This document shows positions 28,811 to 38,515 of a stretch of 64,000 nucleotides of DNA, in pieces. The stretch is from NCBI GenBank assembly GCA_049472335.1, contig JBLIRO010000007.1:13244-77243 (forward strand), read 5' to 3'. Source of the DNA: a bacterium (lineage in GTDB: Bacteria > SZUA-182 > DTGQ01 > JAFGSM01). The notes under the pieces were generated by a model, which saw only the letters and a program-made list of their open reading frames with translations, had not been told where the DNA came from and ran no database searches. Made by a program: the position numbers and the translations under genes. Position 1 is the stretch's first letter, and the number at the start of each line of letters is the position of its first letter.

Positions 28811-29923
28811 ATGTTTGGAAAGTGTTCCCCTAAAACAGGTTTGCAAATAATTACTGCAGTTGTTTTTGCCGTCTCCTTCCTTGCGGTCGGTTGTGATAGT
28901 GAGAATGCAGTAAAAAAACATCATAAGGCCATGAGCACCTTTACCGAAAGTGAGTACCAAATCCCGAAGGTGCCTGTTGACCGTCATTACATCGGCTATG
29001 CCTGGTCCAAACAATTCGGACCGGTAAAAGACCCTTTGACAAATGAGATTAAGATCAAGAAGGAAAGATCCTTCAACAAGGTACAACAGGATTTTGCCTA
29101 CAATGTCGGTATTGGTCTCGGGGCTCAGAGTATTACCGGCCCCGGAGGCGAAACCGAGTTCCAGCGCGCCGCGACAGACAGATCGAAACTGGAAGGGGTG
29201 GAGGTCATCAAGCCCGTTTCGCTGCCAGATATCCCCTTCGAACCCGAAGTGCCATATATAATAGAGGCTTTACGCCTGAAGGGTTTTACGATCAAGTCTG
29301 ATACGGCCACCGATTTAGGGCTCAATATTTCTGCAAGTAAACCTCTAATGGGTAAGGGAAGAGGCTCGGCAGGAGTTGGAGCTGAAAGTCATACGGAAAC
29401 CGAGGGCGAGGGGCTTGTCGTTGCTTACAAACTTAGTAAAATCGATATGTTATCATACGATAAGAAAGAATCTGACATCTTGCCTCTCGAAATTGAAAAA
29501 CCTCTGGATTTCCACGAAGCCGGAGTAGTTGTTAGAGCGAGTCTCAGTATCATAGAGCCCGGCTCCAATGAGACCCATCCAACTGATATCCTGTGGCCTT
29601 GTGAACGGGCCCAAGCGAATAATTTCGACATAGTGGCTGTTTGGATTGTTGATGTAGTACCAATTGATCTGAGGAAGAAACGTCTTTCTATAGGATTCCC
29701 CGCCTATCCCGAGATTGAGGATTGCAACTATTTTAGCGGCTTGATATTCTCCAGGATAGATCCTGTCACCGATAAGATACACCGTCAGAAGATCACCATC
29801 ACTGTCGAAGATGCTGAGGTTTCTGACACCTTGCAGCCTAAAACCTGGAACGCCAGGGTCTCTCTTATAAGTGAGTCATTCAACATCAGTTTGGTTTTGG
29901 CTAAGGAGATGGAGGAGGACTAA
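28811..29923 (+). CDS. lipoprotein of unknown function
   Basis: 370 aa with a lipobox (FLAVGC at residues ~23-28). I recognise no family. Confidence 0.7.
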   Translation: MFGKCSPKTGLQIITAVVFAVSFLAVGCDSENAVKKHHKAMSTFTESEYQIPKVPVDRHYIGYAWSKQFGPVKDPLTNEIKIKKERSFNKVQQDFAYNVGIGLGAQSITGPGGETEFQRAATDRSKLEGVEVIKPVSLPDIPFEPEVPYIIEALRLKGFTIKSDTATDLGLNISASKPLMGKGRGSAGVGAESHTETEGEGLVVAYKLSKIDMLSYDKKESDILPLEIEKPLDFHEAGVVVRASLSIIEPGSNETHPTDILWPCERAQANNFDIVAVWIVDVVPIDLRKKRLSIGFPAYPEIEDCNYFSGLIFSRIDPVTDKIHRQKITITVEDAEVSDTLQPKTWNARVSLISESFNISLVLAKEMEED

Positions 29924-29993
29924 TGTTACAGACAGTCTGTAAACCCAAAAACTCGATCGGGGATTTCCCCAAAGAGATTAGTATGAAGCCGAA

Positions 29994-30956
29994 ATGTACA
30001 GAAAAGTTATCATGAGGCACACAAAAATTATCCTAAGACACATGCAAATCTCTACATCATTCATAATGATATGTGTTTTCTTGATATTCTCAATCCTCCC
30101 TCTGCGGGTCCATGCAGAGGATAGCACAAAAGTTGACTGGGTGAACGGCTACATCCTTGCCACAGGATATGGGACAGCAAAACAGGGAACAAACAAAGCT
30201 TATGCAGTAATATCCTCAAAAGAGGCTGGGAAGTATCTTGCCATGAGAAGTCTACTGGAAGCTATCAAGGGTGTGTACATCGATTCACAGGTTTTGGTGC
30301 GAGACTATATAATTGAAGAGGATATTACCCGCATTAAGGTGGAGGGGCTGCTCAAAGGAGCAGAGGTTATTGACACAAAAACAACATGGGAAGAGGGGCT
30401 GCCAATAACAGCTGTTACCATGAGGATCTGCATGAGCGCGCAAGGTACTGGCTGCGAACCAGGAAATACACTCATTGACACCCTACAGTTAAACAAGTTT
30501 GCGGATTCACCGCTAATTCCTAAAAAGAGATATTCCCAGGATACTGCCCTGCGGAAGCCCTCACAGGGCACATCCGATGATGACGGTTTAAGTAAAAAAT
30601 CACTTAATCAGGTAACAGGCGTCATTTTCAGCCTGCAAGGGCATCCATTCCGCAGGGTACTTCTGCCTGTGGTTGTTACTTTAAGCAAGGATGGCAGTAT
30701 GTCCACAGTATACTCAGTGAAACGCGTCGATCCCGAGATAGTTATAAAATACGGAATCATCCGCTATGCTAACACGCTGGAGCAGGCTGGAAGAATCGAA
30801 AAATTAGGGGACGAGCCTTTAATAATTCCCATTGAAAAGGTCACTGATGACAACATATTGGCAATCAGTACCAACAGTGCGCAAAAGATCTACGAGACCA
30901 CAATGCATGGCAATGATTACCTGCGGAAGGCAAATGTGGCTATCAGTTCCGAATAG
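29994..30956 (+). CDS. secreted LPP20/FlgP-like domain protein
   Basis: It has a signal peptide ending RVHA-ED. It then reads GYILATGYGTAK...AYAVISSKEAGKYLAMRSLLEAIKGVYIDSQVLVRDY...VEGLLKGAEV, the LPP20-family pattern. The start is uncertain; an alternative Met lies at 30042. Confidence 0.55.
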   Translation: MYRKVIMRHTKIILRHMQISTSFIMICVFLIFSILPLRVHAEDSTKVDWVNGYILATGYGTAKQGTNKAYAVISSKEAGKYLAMRSLLEAIKGVYIDSQVLVRDYIIEEDITRIKVEGLLKGAEVIDTKTTWEEGLPITAVTMRICMSAQGTGCEPGNTLIDTLQLNKFADSPLIPKKRYSQDTALRKPSQGTSDDDGLSKKSLNQVTGVIFSLQGHPFRRVLLPVVVTLSKDGSMSTVYSVKRVDPEIVIKYGIIRYANTLEQAGRIEKLGDEPLIIPIEKVTDDNILAISTNSAQKIYETTMHGNDYLRKANVAISSE

Positions 30957-31241
30957 GAGTTAAGAATCAATAAGAGGGCTTGAAGGTTCTATATTCCTGG
31001 CTTTTGACTCCTTGCTTCTGAATTTTGACTAAATGCTTCTGGCACCTGATCTCCTGCTCCCAATTACCCCATTATGATCAAAATTTTTTTATAAGAGAGG
31101 GGGGGATAAGCATTTAAACAAATTTGGGAAGTAAATGCCTAAAGAGAAAGGAGGGATTATATAGAGGGATAAAATATAAGGATTAATATCCGAAAAAATA
31201 GTAAAATAAAAATTCTTCTTTAAAAATCAAGGAGGCTTAGA

Positions 31242-31976
31242 ATGGAAAGAAGAAATGAAATGATCATCATAATGTGTTCAATTGTATTCATAACTATTTT
31301 TATTGCCTTTAAAGCTTCGGCTCAATCAAAATTTAAATGGGATATAACCCCCCGGCTGTGGTATGTTGATTGGGATGCGGGTGAGAATTTGAGTGACTCA
31401 ACATTGATGTATGGATTAGGTGGCTCCATTTCTTATAACAAGTTCGCTTTTGGATTATCTTTTCTCACCGGAGAATTTGAGTCTGAAATTTCTGGTTCTG
31501 GATATGATTCTTATCATGGTTATTATGACTATAAAATAAATATATCCGCTGATCGTTCGGATATTGATGTTTATGCCAGCTATAGAATAATTGATCCCTA
31601 CCTGAGTTTGTCTCTTGGTTATAAAATTATCGAATATGATATAAAGGCTACTGAGTCTCTCTATAATGAGCAAGTAAATGCTGATGGAGAAATGACAGGT
31701 TTTGGCTTAGGTGCATCTGGGGCTTTCCCTATTCGGGATAAATTTTACGGGTATTATATAGCTTCTTATTTACCCTCAATGAAATCTAAATATGAAGATG
31801 AGGAAGGTTCAGATGAGGGACATGTGAATACATTTAATTTAGAATTAGGTGTTGGATATATGATTAATGAAAAAATAACAGCGGGCTTGGGGTGGAAATA
31901 TCAGAATCTTGATTGGGAAGAAGGAGAAGATGAAAAATTAAATGGTATCATCCTTATGGCTAACTTTGGATTTTGA
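31242..31976 (+). CDS. small outer-membrane beta-barrel protein
   Basis: It has a signal peptide (AFKASA-QS), alternating aromatic/Gly-rich strands and a C-terminal ...ILMANFGF ending in Phe. Confidence 0.6.
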   Translation: MERRNEMIIIMCSIVFITIFIAFKASAQSKFKWDITPRLWYVDWDAGENLSDSTLMYGLGGSISYNKFAFGLSFLTGEFESEISGSGYDSYHGYYDYKINISADRSDIDVYASYRIIDPYLSLSLGYKIIEYDIKATESLYNEQVNADGEMTGFGLGASGAFPIRDKFYGYYIASYLPSMKSKYEDEEGSDEGHVNTFNLELGVGYMINEKITAGLGWKYQNLDWEEGEDEKLNGIILMANFGF

Positions 31977-32129
31977 CAAAGCTCTCAAATGATAGAATAT
32001 AAATCATTAGAATTCTCTCTATATATATTATTTAATATCATCCTGAGGTATCCAACTGATAAATAATCAAACAGATTTCAAATGGAGAATAGCCGATTCA
32101 GACTAAAAATCCAATTCTCAAAAATACTC

Positions 32130-32188
32130 GGTGTTCTCTGTGTACTTTGTGGTAATATTTTAAACCACTCAAGAACACAGAGAACACA
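32130..32188. repeat. REP-like imperfect palindrome (ACACAGAGAAC core)
   Basis: GGTGTTCTCTGTGTACTTTGTGG, ~12 nt, CCACTCAAGAACACAGAGAACACA. It shares the CTCTGTGT/ACACAGAG core with the 7843-7967 element. Confidence 0.5.
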
Positions 32189-32397
32189 GGGTTAATCAAA
32201 TTATTCCGAAACAATTTGATATTCCTTCAGGCGTAAAACTAACCAACTGAATTAAACGCCCTATTCGGAAAAAAGGAGTCAGAATCCACACTTGTAAATT
32301 TCCTTCTGCCTCCTGAGATTTCTTAAGTCAAGTCAATACTACTGAGTTCTCAGCAACAAAGTGTGAACAAAATTTTCATTATATAGTCCGTAAGCGG

Positions 32398-33603
32398 CTA
32401 AAAAGTAAATGGGGTTTTGAATATTTTCTTTTCTTCTTTTAAGTTCTTTTCCTTGTTTTTTTCTAATAAATCACTCTTTTCATCTTTTTCTAAGGGTTTT
32501 TTTTGTGAATTTATTTCCTGTTTTTTTTGAATCTCAAAGAGTTCTTCCTCAACCGCCTTTATTTCTTCATTGATGTTCTGTTGCTCATTCATGAGAGTTT
32601 TCTTTTCCTGAAGTATTTTTTGCATTTCTTCAAGTTTCTTTTTTTGTTGCTGGAGTTCCTCCATATCTTTTTGTAGTTTCTGTCTCTCCAAATCAATTTC
32701 TTTGTCTTTTAGTAAAATATCTTTATGAACTTTAAGATCATCATTATAAAGAAAGTTAATAAAAATAAACTCTCCACCTTCATCCATGGTTCCTTCTAAT
32801 GGTCTACAAATAGGAATTTGTTGGGCATTTCTGGAAATAAAAAGTTTGATTTTTTCGAAAATACTTAGTGGGGTAATATAAAGTTCCTCATTATCTTCTA
32901 ATATCTTTATAAAATAGTAAGCAAAAATAGAATGGTTTTCAAAACCGGTATCTGATACTGGTTGAATATGACCAGAGGTTAAGACCTGACGTGACTTTAG
33001 CTTTCCATAATTTTTTATATAATTATAGTCGATTTTTGCAGGAGGTTTAAAAACCGATCTTAGCAAAAGAGTGCCTGAAAAACATGAATCAGAGACTAAA
33101 TAAATATGCTTACATCCAGCGGCTTTAATTAAATCGTGAATTGTAGAATTTGGTATATAGGTGCTGTAATCACTAAATTTAGAATCAGAAGGTATCCAAT
33201 TTCCGGTATTGAGCTCAGTATCCAGATATCCATGACCTGCAAAATAGATAAACAAGTTATCATCTTGTTTAACCTTTCCTATCAGACTTCTAAATTCTTT
33301 TATTATCCTTCGTCTTGTTGCATCTTGATTAATAAGAAGTACAATATTTTCCTCAGGAAAACCATATTTATGTATTAAAAGCTCATATATTTTTTTAACA
33401 TCATTCACAGCGGTTTGTAAAGGGTCCCATTCATCATATTTATTGATCCCGATTAGAAAACCCCAGAATTCACCTTTTGAAGGGAGATTATTTATATCCT
33501 TTGAGGACACAAAGATACCACGATCCTCACAAAAACTTATTTTAGGACAAAAAAAATATCCTAATATTAATATAATGAAAATACAGCAAATTATTTTTTT
33601 CAT
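32398..33603 (-). CDS. caspase-family (peptidase C14) protein with a signal peptide and a C-terminal coiled coil
   Basis: The catalytic dyad contexts are IYFAGHGY and IYLVSDSCFSG. There is an N-terminal hydrophobic signal (MKKIICCIFIILILGYFF). The last ~110 aa are a K/E/Q-rich heptad-like coiled coil. Confidence 0.85.
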   Translation of the reverse strand: MKKIICCIFIILILGYFFCPKISFCEDRGIFVSSKDINNLPSKGEFWGFLIGINKYDEWDPLQTAVNDVKKIYELLIHKYGFPEENIVLLINQDATRRRIIKEFRSLIGKVKQDDNLFIYFAGHGYLDTELNTGNWIPSDSKFSDYSTYIPNSTIHDLIKAAGCKHIYLVSDSCFSGTLLLRSVFKPPAKIDYNYIKNYGKLKSRQVLTSGHIQPVSDTGFENHSIFAYYFIKILEDNEELYITPLSIFEKIKLFISRNAQQIPICRPLEGTMDEGGEFIFINFLYNDDLKVHKDILLKDKEIDLERQKLQKDMEELQQQKKKLEEMQKILQEKKTLMNEQQNINEEIKAVEEELFEIQKKQEINSQKKPLEKDEKSDLLEKNKEKNLKEEKKIFKTPFTF

Positions 33604-34075
33604 TAAACGGCGTCACAATATCTATTCACTGCAAAAAATGAAAAAAGTATGCTAAAGTATTTTTTATACACAATAAGATATCAAAAAATAATTTTTTGGA
33701 CGTTAAATTATAATATTTAAAAATAAACGTATAATATATAAAAAATCTCTTTCTATAGCTAAGATAGCTAAATTTTAACCTTTTGTCAAAACAAATAATC
33801 AGTAAGAGCTTTTTTGATCGAGTCATTAATCTGAAACAAATAACTTTTAAAAATCACAGACAATATGATAGTATACTATAACTCATTCAATATTTGCGAG
33901 TTTGATTTCAGTTGTTATTATTTGATATAGCTATTTTTACAAAGGAAATAAGTCAAGGGATTTTTATAATATTGATCCTGAATATTTATATATTACAATA
34001 TATCATAAATATCATAAAAAAGCAGAGATATCTTTTTAGCAAGACGGTTGTAGTAGAGAAAAAGGAGAATGTCTG

Positions 34076-34948
34076 ATGACATTATATAAATTTTTCACGC
34101 CTTCATGCATTTTGGTCCTTTTGTTTTTTTCTCTTCCCCAATATAGTTTTGCAAAGCAGTCACAGATTATAGAGGCAGATGGCTATTCATGCATGGGTGA
34201 TGAGAAATCGAGAAAGCAGACAAGAGATGATGCCCTGATAGATGCAAAGAAAAAAGCAGTTCAACATTGTGTGACTTATATTAAGAGTGAAACAAGGATC
34301 GAAAATGCTATCCTCACGCAAGATATTATTGATGCATATACTAATGCAGATATACATATTCTTAATGTGCAAGAATTGGGCTGGTCAAAAGACAAGGATT
34401 CTGGTGAATGCTTTTACGTCCACATAAAGGCAGAGGTCATTCCCCGTGAAGAAGTGATGGAAAAAATAATACAGGGGAAAGCTTTAGAAAAGAACCCTGA
34501 AGCCCCTCTCAATGTCTCTGTCTGGACTGATAAAAAAGAATATTCAAAAGGAGATAAAATAAAAATATATATAAGAGGGAACAAGCCCTTCTTTGGAATA
34601 GTTCTCTATAAGGAGGCTAATGGAAATTTAGTCCAGCTCCTACCTAATCCTTATAGACGAGATCAGTATTTCAATGGCGGTGTTGTCTATGAGATACCCT
34701 CAGGAAATGATAAATTTGAATTGGAGGTGAGACCTCCCTTTGGTGAAGAGATTGTCACCCTTTATGCAAGCACTGAGATGCTGGGTGAAATAGAACTCGA
34801 AAAAGCGAAGGGTGTATATTTGGTAAAGACAAAATATGATGAAGTGCCTTTTAAAACCCGTGGAATTGCTATCACAAGAAAAAAACAAAGGGAAAAAATT
34901 CCTGCCGAATTTTCAGAAGTAAACTATGCTGTTAAGATAGATGAATAA
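34076..34948 (+). CDS. secreted LPP20-like plus DUF4384 domain protein
   Basis: It has a signal peptide ending SFA-KQ, an N-terminal LPP20-like segment (ADGYSCMGDEKSRKQTRDDALIDAKKKAVQHCVTYIKSET) and a DUF4384 pattern (VSVWTDKKEYSKGDKIKIYIRGNKPFFGIVLYKEANGNLVQLLPNP...EIVTLYAS). Confidence 0.65.
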   Translation: MTLYKFFTPSCILVLLFFSLPQYSFAKQSQIIEADGYSCMGDEKSRKQTRDDALIDAKKKAVQHCVTYIKSETRIENAILTQDIIDAYTNADIHILNVQELGWSKDKDSGECFYVHIKAEVIPREEVMEKIIQGKALEKNPEAPLNVSVWTDKKEYSKGDKIKIYIRGNKPFFGIVLYKEANGNLVQLLPNPYRRDQYFNGGVVYEIPSGNDKFELEVRPPFGEEIVTLYASTEMLGEIELEKAKGVYLVKTKYDEVPFKTRGIAITRKKQREKIPAEFSEVNYAVKIDE

Positions 34949-34952
34949 ACCA

Positions 34953-35324
34953 TTATTCATGACTGTATTGCGCACATGCAGTATCGGATTCCCAAACCCT
35001 TACCCAATCCAATTGTAAGGTTTCTTTATCTGTCTTTTTCAGAAACTCCTCAAAAATAAAACACGCGAGATTCTCTGATGAAGGGTTTTTAGAATTAAAA
35101 GGGGTGATATCATTAAGAAAGGAATGGTCCAATTTAGAAAGGATCTCGTTTAGCATATTTTTCAATATCTTGAAATCAATGCCCAAGCCGATGGAGTTAA
35201 GCCTGTCGGTCTTGACCATCACCTGGACTCGCCAGTTATGTCCATGAAGGCTTTCGCATTTTCCCTCATATTCTTTTAATTGATGAGCGGCGGCAAAACC
35301 GGATTCCACCATTAGTCTGAACAT
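34953..35324 (-). CDS. queD: 6-carboxytetrahydropterin synthase
   Basis: 123 aa; the motifs CESLHGHNW and the C-terminal ESDT...Y are typical of the QueD/PTPS family. Confidence 0.85.
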   Translation of the reverse strand: MFRLMVESGFAAAHQLKEYEGKCESLHGHNWRVQVMVKTDRLNSIGLGIDFKILKNMLNEILSKLDHSFLNDITPFNSKNPSSENLACFIFEEFLKKTDKETLQLDWVRVWESDTACAQYSHE

Positions 35325-35327
35325 CTT

Positions 35328-36404
35328 TTACCCCTTTTTCCTTTGATGAACAATCTCTTTTATCTCAGCAAGTAATGCTTCCAACAAATCCTCTTCCTTT
35401 ACAGAACATATAATTCTGCCCTTTCGGAAGACCACACCCTTCCCATTACCTCCTGCAATCCCTACATCCGCATCGCTGGCCTCACCGGGGCCGTTTACTA
35501 CACAACCCATTACCGCGACCTTTAATGGAATCCTTATTTCCAAAACCTCCTGTTCGATCCGCTCAGCCAGTCTAAAAAGGTCGATTTTACAACGTGCGCA
35601 TGTGGGGCAGGATATAACGTCTACACCCACCTGTCTGAGATTGAGCGATCTCAAGATCTCATAACCCGCCCTGACTTCGAGTAATGGATCACCAGTTATG
35701 GATACACGTATAGTATCTCCTATCCCTTCAGATAATAATATACCTAAAGTTATTGCAGATTTAATGGGCGCAGTGAAGGGACCGCCTGCCTCCGTCAGGC
35801 CGAGATGAAGGGGATAATCCGTTTTTTGAGCTATAAGACGATACGCATCGATAGTCGCATTCACATCCGAGGATTTTAAAGAGACCTTTGTAAGTCCAAA
35901 TCCTTCGGATTCAAAAAAATCCAAATGCCTCATTGCGCTCTCTACCAGGGCCTCAGCACATGGTGAGCCGAATTTTTCATAAAGATCCCTTTCTAATGAA
36001 CCCGCATTCACTCCGATTCGAATAGGGACCTGCCTGGATTTTGCCTCCTTTAAAATCTTCACCACTCGATCTTTTGAACCTATATTTCCGGGATTTATCC
36101 TTATCCCGTCCACACCCTGCCTAAGGGACTCTAAAGCGAGCCGATAATCAAAATGGCAGTCTGCTATCACAGGAATCGGAGAGGCACTTACTATATTCCC
36201 AATAGCCTCAGCGGAATCCTGGTCTGGGACGGATACCCTGACTATCTCACATCCAGCCTCGGCAAGCAACCGTATTTGGGATAAAGTAGCGGAGACATCG
36301 CGGGTATCGGTCTTGGTCATAGACTGAACCGAGATAGGCGCATCACCGCCTATCAAGGTATTCCGCAGTTGAATCTGCCGTGTCTTTCTACGCTCAATCT
36401 TCAC
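35328..36404 (-). CDS. ispG: HMBPP synthase (flavodoxin-type) IspG
   Basis: 358 aa with RRKTRQI...IGGDAPISVQSMT and the CPTCARC...GCVVNGPGE Fe-S motif. Confidence 0.95.
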   Translation of the reverse strand: MKIERRKTRQIQLRNTLIGGDAPISVQSMTKTDTRDVSATLSQIRLLAEAGCEIVRVSVPDQDSAEAIGNIVSASPIPVIADCHFDYRLALESLRQGVDGIRINPGNIGSKDRVVKILKEAKSRQVPIRIGVNAGSLERDLYEKFGSPCAEALVESAMRHLDFFESEGFGLTKVSLKSSDVNATIDAYRLIAQKTDYPLHLGLTEAGGPFTAPIKSAITLGILLSEGIGDTIRVSITGDPLLEVRAGYEILRSLNLRQVGVDVISCPTCARCKIDLFRLAERIEQEVLEIRIPLKVAVMGCVVNGPGEASDADVGIAGGNGKGVVFRKGRIICSVKEEDLLEALLAEIKEIVHQRKKG

Positions 36405-36636
36405 CGTTTTTGTCGTCCTTACCCTTCGTTAATTTACCTTTGACTTTATCAGCCTTTGCCTTGATCCTTTCTTCACCTTCCTGGCAGAAACCTTTGAGAC
36501 TTTTCTTCATGGAAAGCTCCCATTTTTCCATTCTCTCGCCTACCTTTATGAGTGTGCCTCCCCCTCCAAAAAAAACAAAGGCTAAAATCGAAAGTAATAG
36601 AAAAAAGATATAAATCAGCCTTCTTATAATCTTCAT
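36394..36636 (-). CDS. small membrane-anchored hypothetical protein
   Basis: The ORF has one TM helix (IYIFFLLLSILAFVFF) and a Lys-rich tail, and overlaps the ispG start. The start is taken at MKIIRR. Confidence 0.4.
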   Translation of the reverse strand: MKIIRRLIYIFFLLLSILAFVFFGGGGTLIKVGERMEKWELSMKKSLKGFCQEGEERIKAKADKVKGKLTKGKDDKNGED

Positions 36637-36774
36637 GCTGTCCCCCAAACCAAATTTAATTCCAATAAAAAAGGTTATCTAAAAAATTCTCTGTTCCTTT
36701 TATAGGCTTCTGCTTTATATTTAGAAAGCTCTTCTTTTCTCTTCATTCCAATAAAAAAGGTTAACTAATAGATT

Positions 36775-37254
36775 CTATATTTCTTTATATATCGAATGCA
36801 ACTTTGAAAGACGCTTTTGTTGCTCGCTTCCATAAGCAACAATCTCAATTTTTCGTTCCGTCGGAGAAATATGATGCATATTAATCTTAAAATAATCATC
36901 AGGGAGAAGGTTTTCGGCCCGATCAGCCCATTCGATCAAACATATCCCTTTGCCGAAAAAAAACTCTTCATATCCCAGATCAATAACTTCATCAAGGCAC
37001 GAGAGTCTATAAAAATCAAAATGATATATGGGCAAGCGCCCTCTATACCTGTTTATTATAACAAAAGTGGGACTGGTTATATACACATTCTCCGGGACAC
37101 CTAATCCTTCACATATCCCCTTGATAAAACATGTTTTTCCAGCTCCCAGCTCCCCGAAAAAAGCCAGTATGTCACCGGCTAAAAGCTGTCTGGCAAGGAG
37201 ACGTCCCAAATTCATTGTCTGTTCCGCGGATCGACTCAATAAGACAAAAGTCAT
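36775..37254 (-). CDS. tsaE: tRNA t6A biosynthesis ATPase TsaE
   Basis: 159 aa with the GELGAGKT P-loop and the YHFDFYRL motif. Confidence 0.85.
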   Translation of the reverse strand: MTFVLLSRSAEQTMNLGRLLARQLLAGDILAFFGELGAGKTCFIKGICEGLGVPENVYITSPTFVIINRYRGRLPIYHFDFYRLSCLDEVIDLGYEEFFFGKGICLIEWADRAENLLPDDYFKINMHHISPTERKIEIVAYGSEQQKRLSKLHSIYKEI

Positions 37255-37279
37255 AGTATTTGCAACAAAAAACTATCCT

Positions 37280-38089
37280 TTAGTTTTGACCCAGTTTGAA
37301 ATTGATTCGAATAATCCCCTCTTGAAGGGGGACATTCACAGATGGTTCAAACCGCCAGGAAAATATATAAGCTAATGCCTTTTCTTCCAATTCCACAGAA
37401 AGCTTCTGTACAGGTATCGCATTAACTACCTGGCCTTTTTCATCTACCCAGAATCTCAACTTTACGAGGCCCTCTTCATCACCCTGATAAGTGGGAGGTT
37501 TTTCCGGCTTGGTGATCCATGTTCGGGGAGTTCCCTTCCATGTAATATCAGGGATTTGTTGTGACGGCTTTTCTTCTGGAAACTCATCAGGAAAGAACGA
37601 GTCTGATATGTCCGAATCGTTCAACTCTGTCAGTGTTTCTTTGTGTCTTGTTTCGCCCTGAGGATTTAGAAATGTTTGTTCGTCTATTTGGGTTGATTCA
37701 GTAAATTCTTCCGGCCATACCATAGCATATTCATCCTCGCGAGGCATTATGGTATGCTTTGGAAGCAGGATCTCAGGAACTATGTTATCTTGTTCAGGCA
37801 TACCTTCCCACCTCTTATGTTCAAAGTCCCTTAGAATTCGCTCAGTTATCATTTTACCAGTACCCTGAATCCCGTTTGGCCCCTCTCCGATTTCAGGAGG
37901 ATTAGAATCAGTTTTTCCTGTATCGGTTCTTGTGGCAAAATCGAAAGACGAAAGATATTCGATAGGGATAACTCCTTCTATACGGCCGGATTCCCTAGTG
38001 TGCGGCTCCGGTATCCTCGGCCATACAAAAATAACGATCCCATGTATAAGGAAAGAGGCCAGGATGGCATAAACGAACTTCTTGTCCAT
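37280..38089 (-). CDS. TonB-like energy transducer
   Basis: It has an N-terminal TM anchor, an acidic/Pro-containing linker and a C-terminal TonB-type domain (GLVKLRFWVDEKGQVVNAIPV...). It lies downstream of exbB/exbD. Confidence 0.65.
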   Translation of the reverse strand: MDKKFVYAILASFLIHGIVIFVWPRIPEPHTRESGRIEGVIPIEYLSSFDFATRTDTGKTDSNPPEIGEGPNGIQGTGKMITERILRDFEHKRWEGMPEQDNIVPEILLPKHTIMPREDEYAMVWPEEFTESTQIDEQTFLNPQGETRHKETLTELNDSDISDSFFPDEFPEEKPSQQIPDITWKGTPRTWITKPEKPPTYQGDEEGLVKLRFWVDEKGQVVNAIPVQKLSVELEEKALAYIFSWRFEPSVNVPLQEGIIRINFKLGQN

Positions 38090-38095
38090 TTCTCC

Positions 38096-38515
38096 TCAAT
38101 CAACCTCTTGTCCCGATTCAGGGCTGGTGGCGATGGCCATATCTTCGAGTCCCGACTTCTTGGCCATGTCCATAACCTTTACTACCATGCCATGCCTGGC
38201 CATTTCATCAGCATGGATTATCAGAACCTGATCCTTTGATTCCCTGGTTTTGGCCTCCAATGCCGATTTAAGCTCAGAAAGGCTCATCCTGTTATTATTG
38301 AGGTAAAACTTCCCTTCTTTTGTAATATGTACTTCCAGTCTTTCGCGAGATTTAATGACCTGCGAAGATGCCTTAGGAAGTTTGATCTGCAGCCCCGGTG
38401 TTGCCACAAAGCTTGTTGTAAGCATGAAAAAAATCAGCATAAGGAGCACAACATCAATAAGGCTTACGATATTGATCTCCGGAAGGATTTGATGATTGTT
38501 TTCTGAAAAATTCAT
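38096..38515 (-). CDS. exbD: ExbD/TolR family biopolymer transport protein
   Basis: 139 aa; INIVSLIDVVLLMLIFFM is typical. Confidence 0.85.
   Translation of the reverse strand: MNFSENNHQILPEINIVSLIDVVLLMLIFFMLTTSFVATPGLQIKLPKASSQVIKSRERLEVHITKEGKFYLNNNRMSLSELKSALEAKTRESKDQVLIIHADEMARHGMVVKVMDMAKKSGLEDMAIATSPESGQEVD

Noticed and set aside
28811-29923. The lipoprotein considered as a bacterial gasdermin-like substrate of the nearby caspase-like protease
   Set aside because: It has a lipoprotein export signal, whereas known bacterial gasdermins are cytoplasmic. It is not adjacent to or co-oriented with the protease, and I cannot see gasdermin motifs by eye. It is kept only as something to test by structure prediction.
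33626-33826. Small ORFs in AT-rich intergenic DNA (33626-33826, 33443-33655, 49707-49940, 43979-44308, 18294-18479)
   Set aside because: Their products are low-complexity and Ile/Lys/Phe/Asn-rich, as expected from AT-rich non-coding sequence. They have no SD and no recognisable motif.
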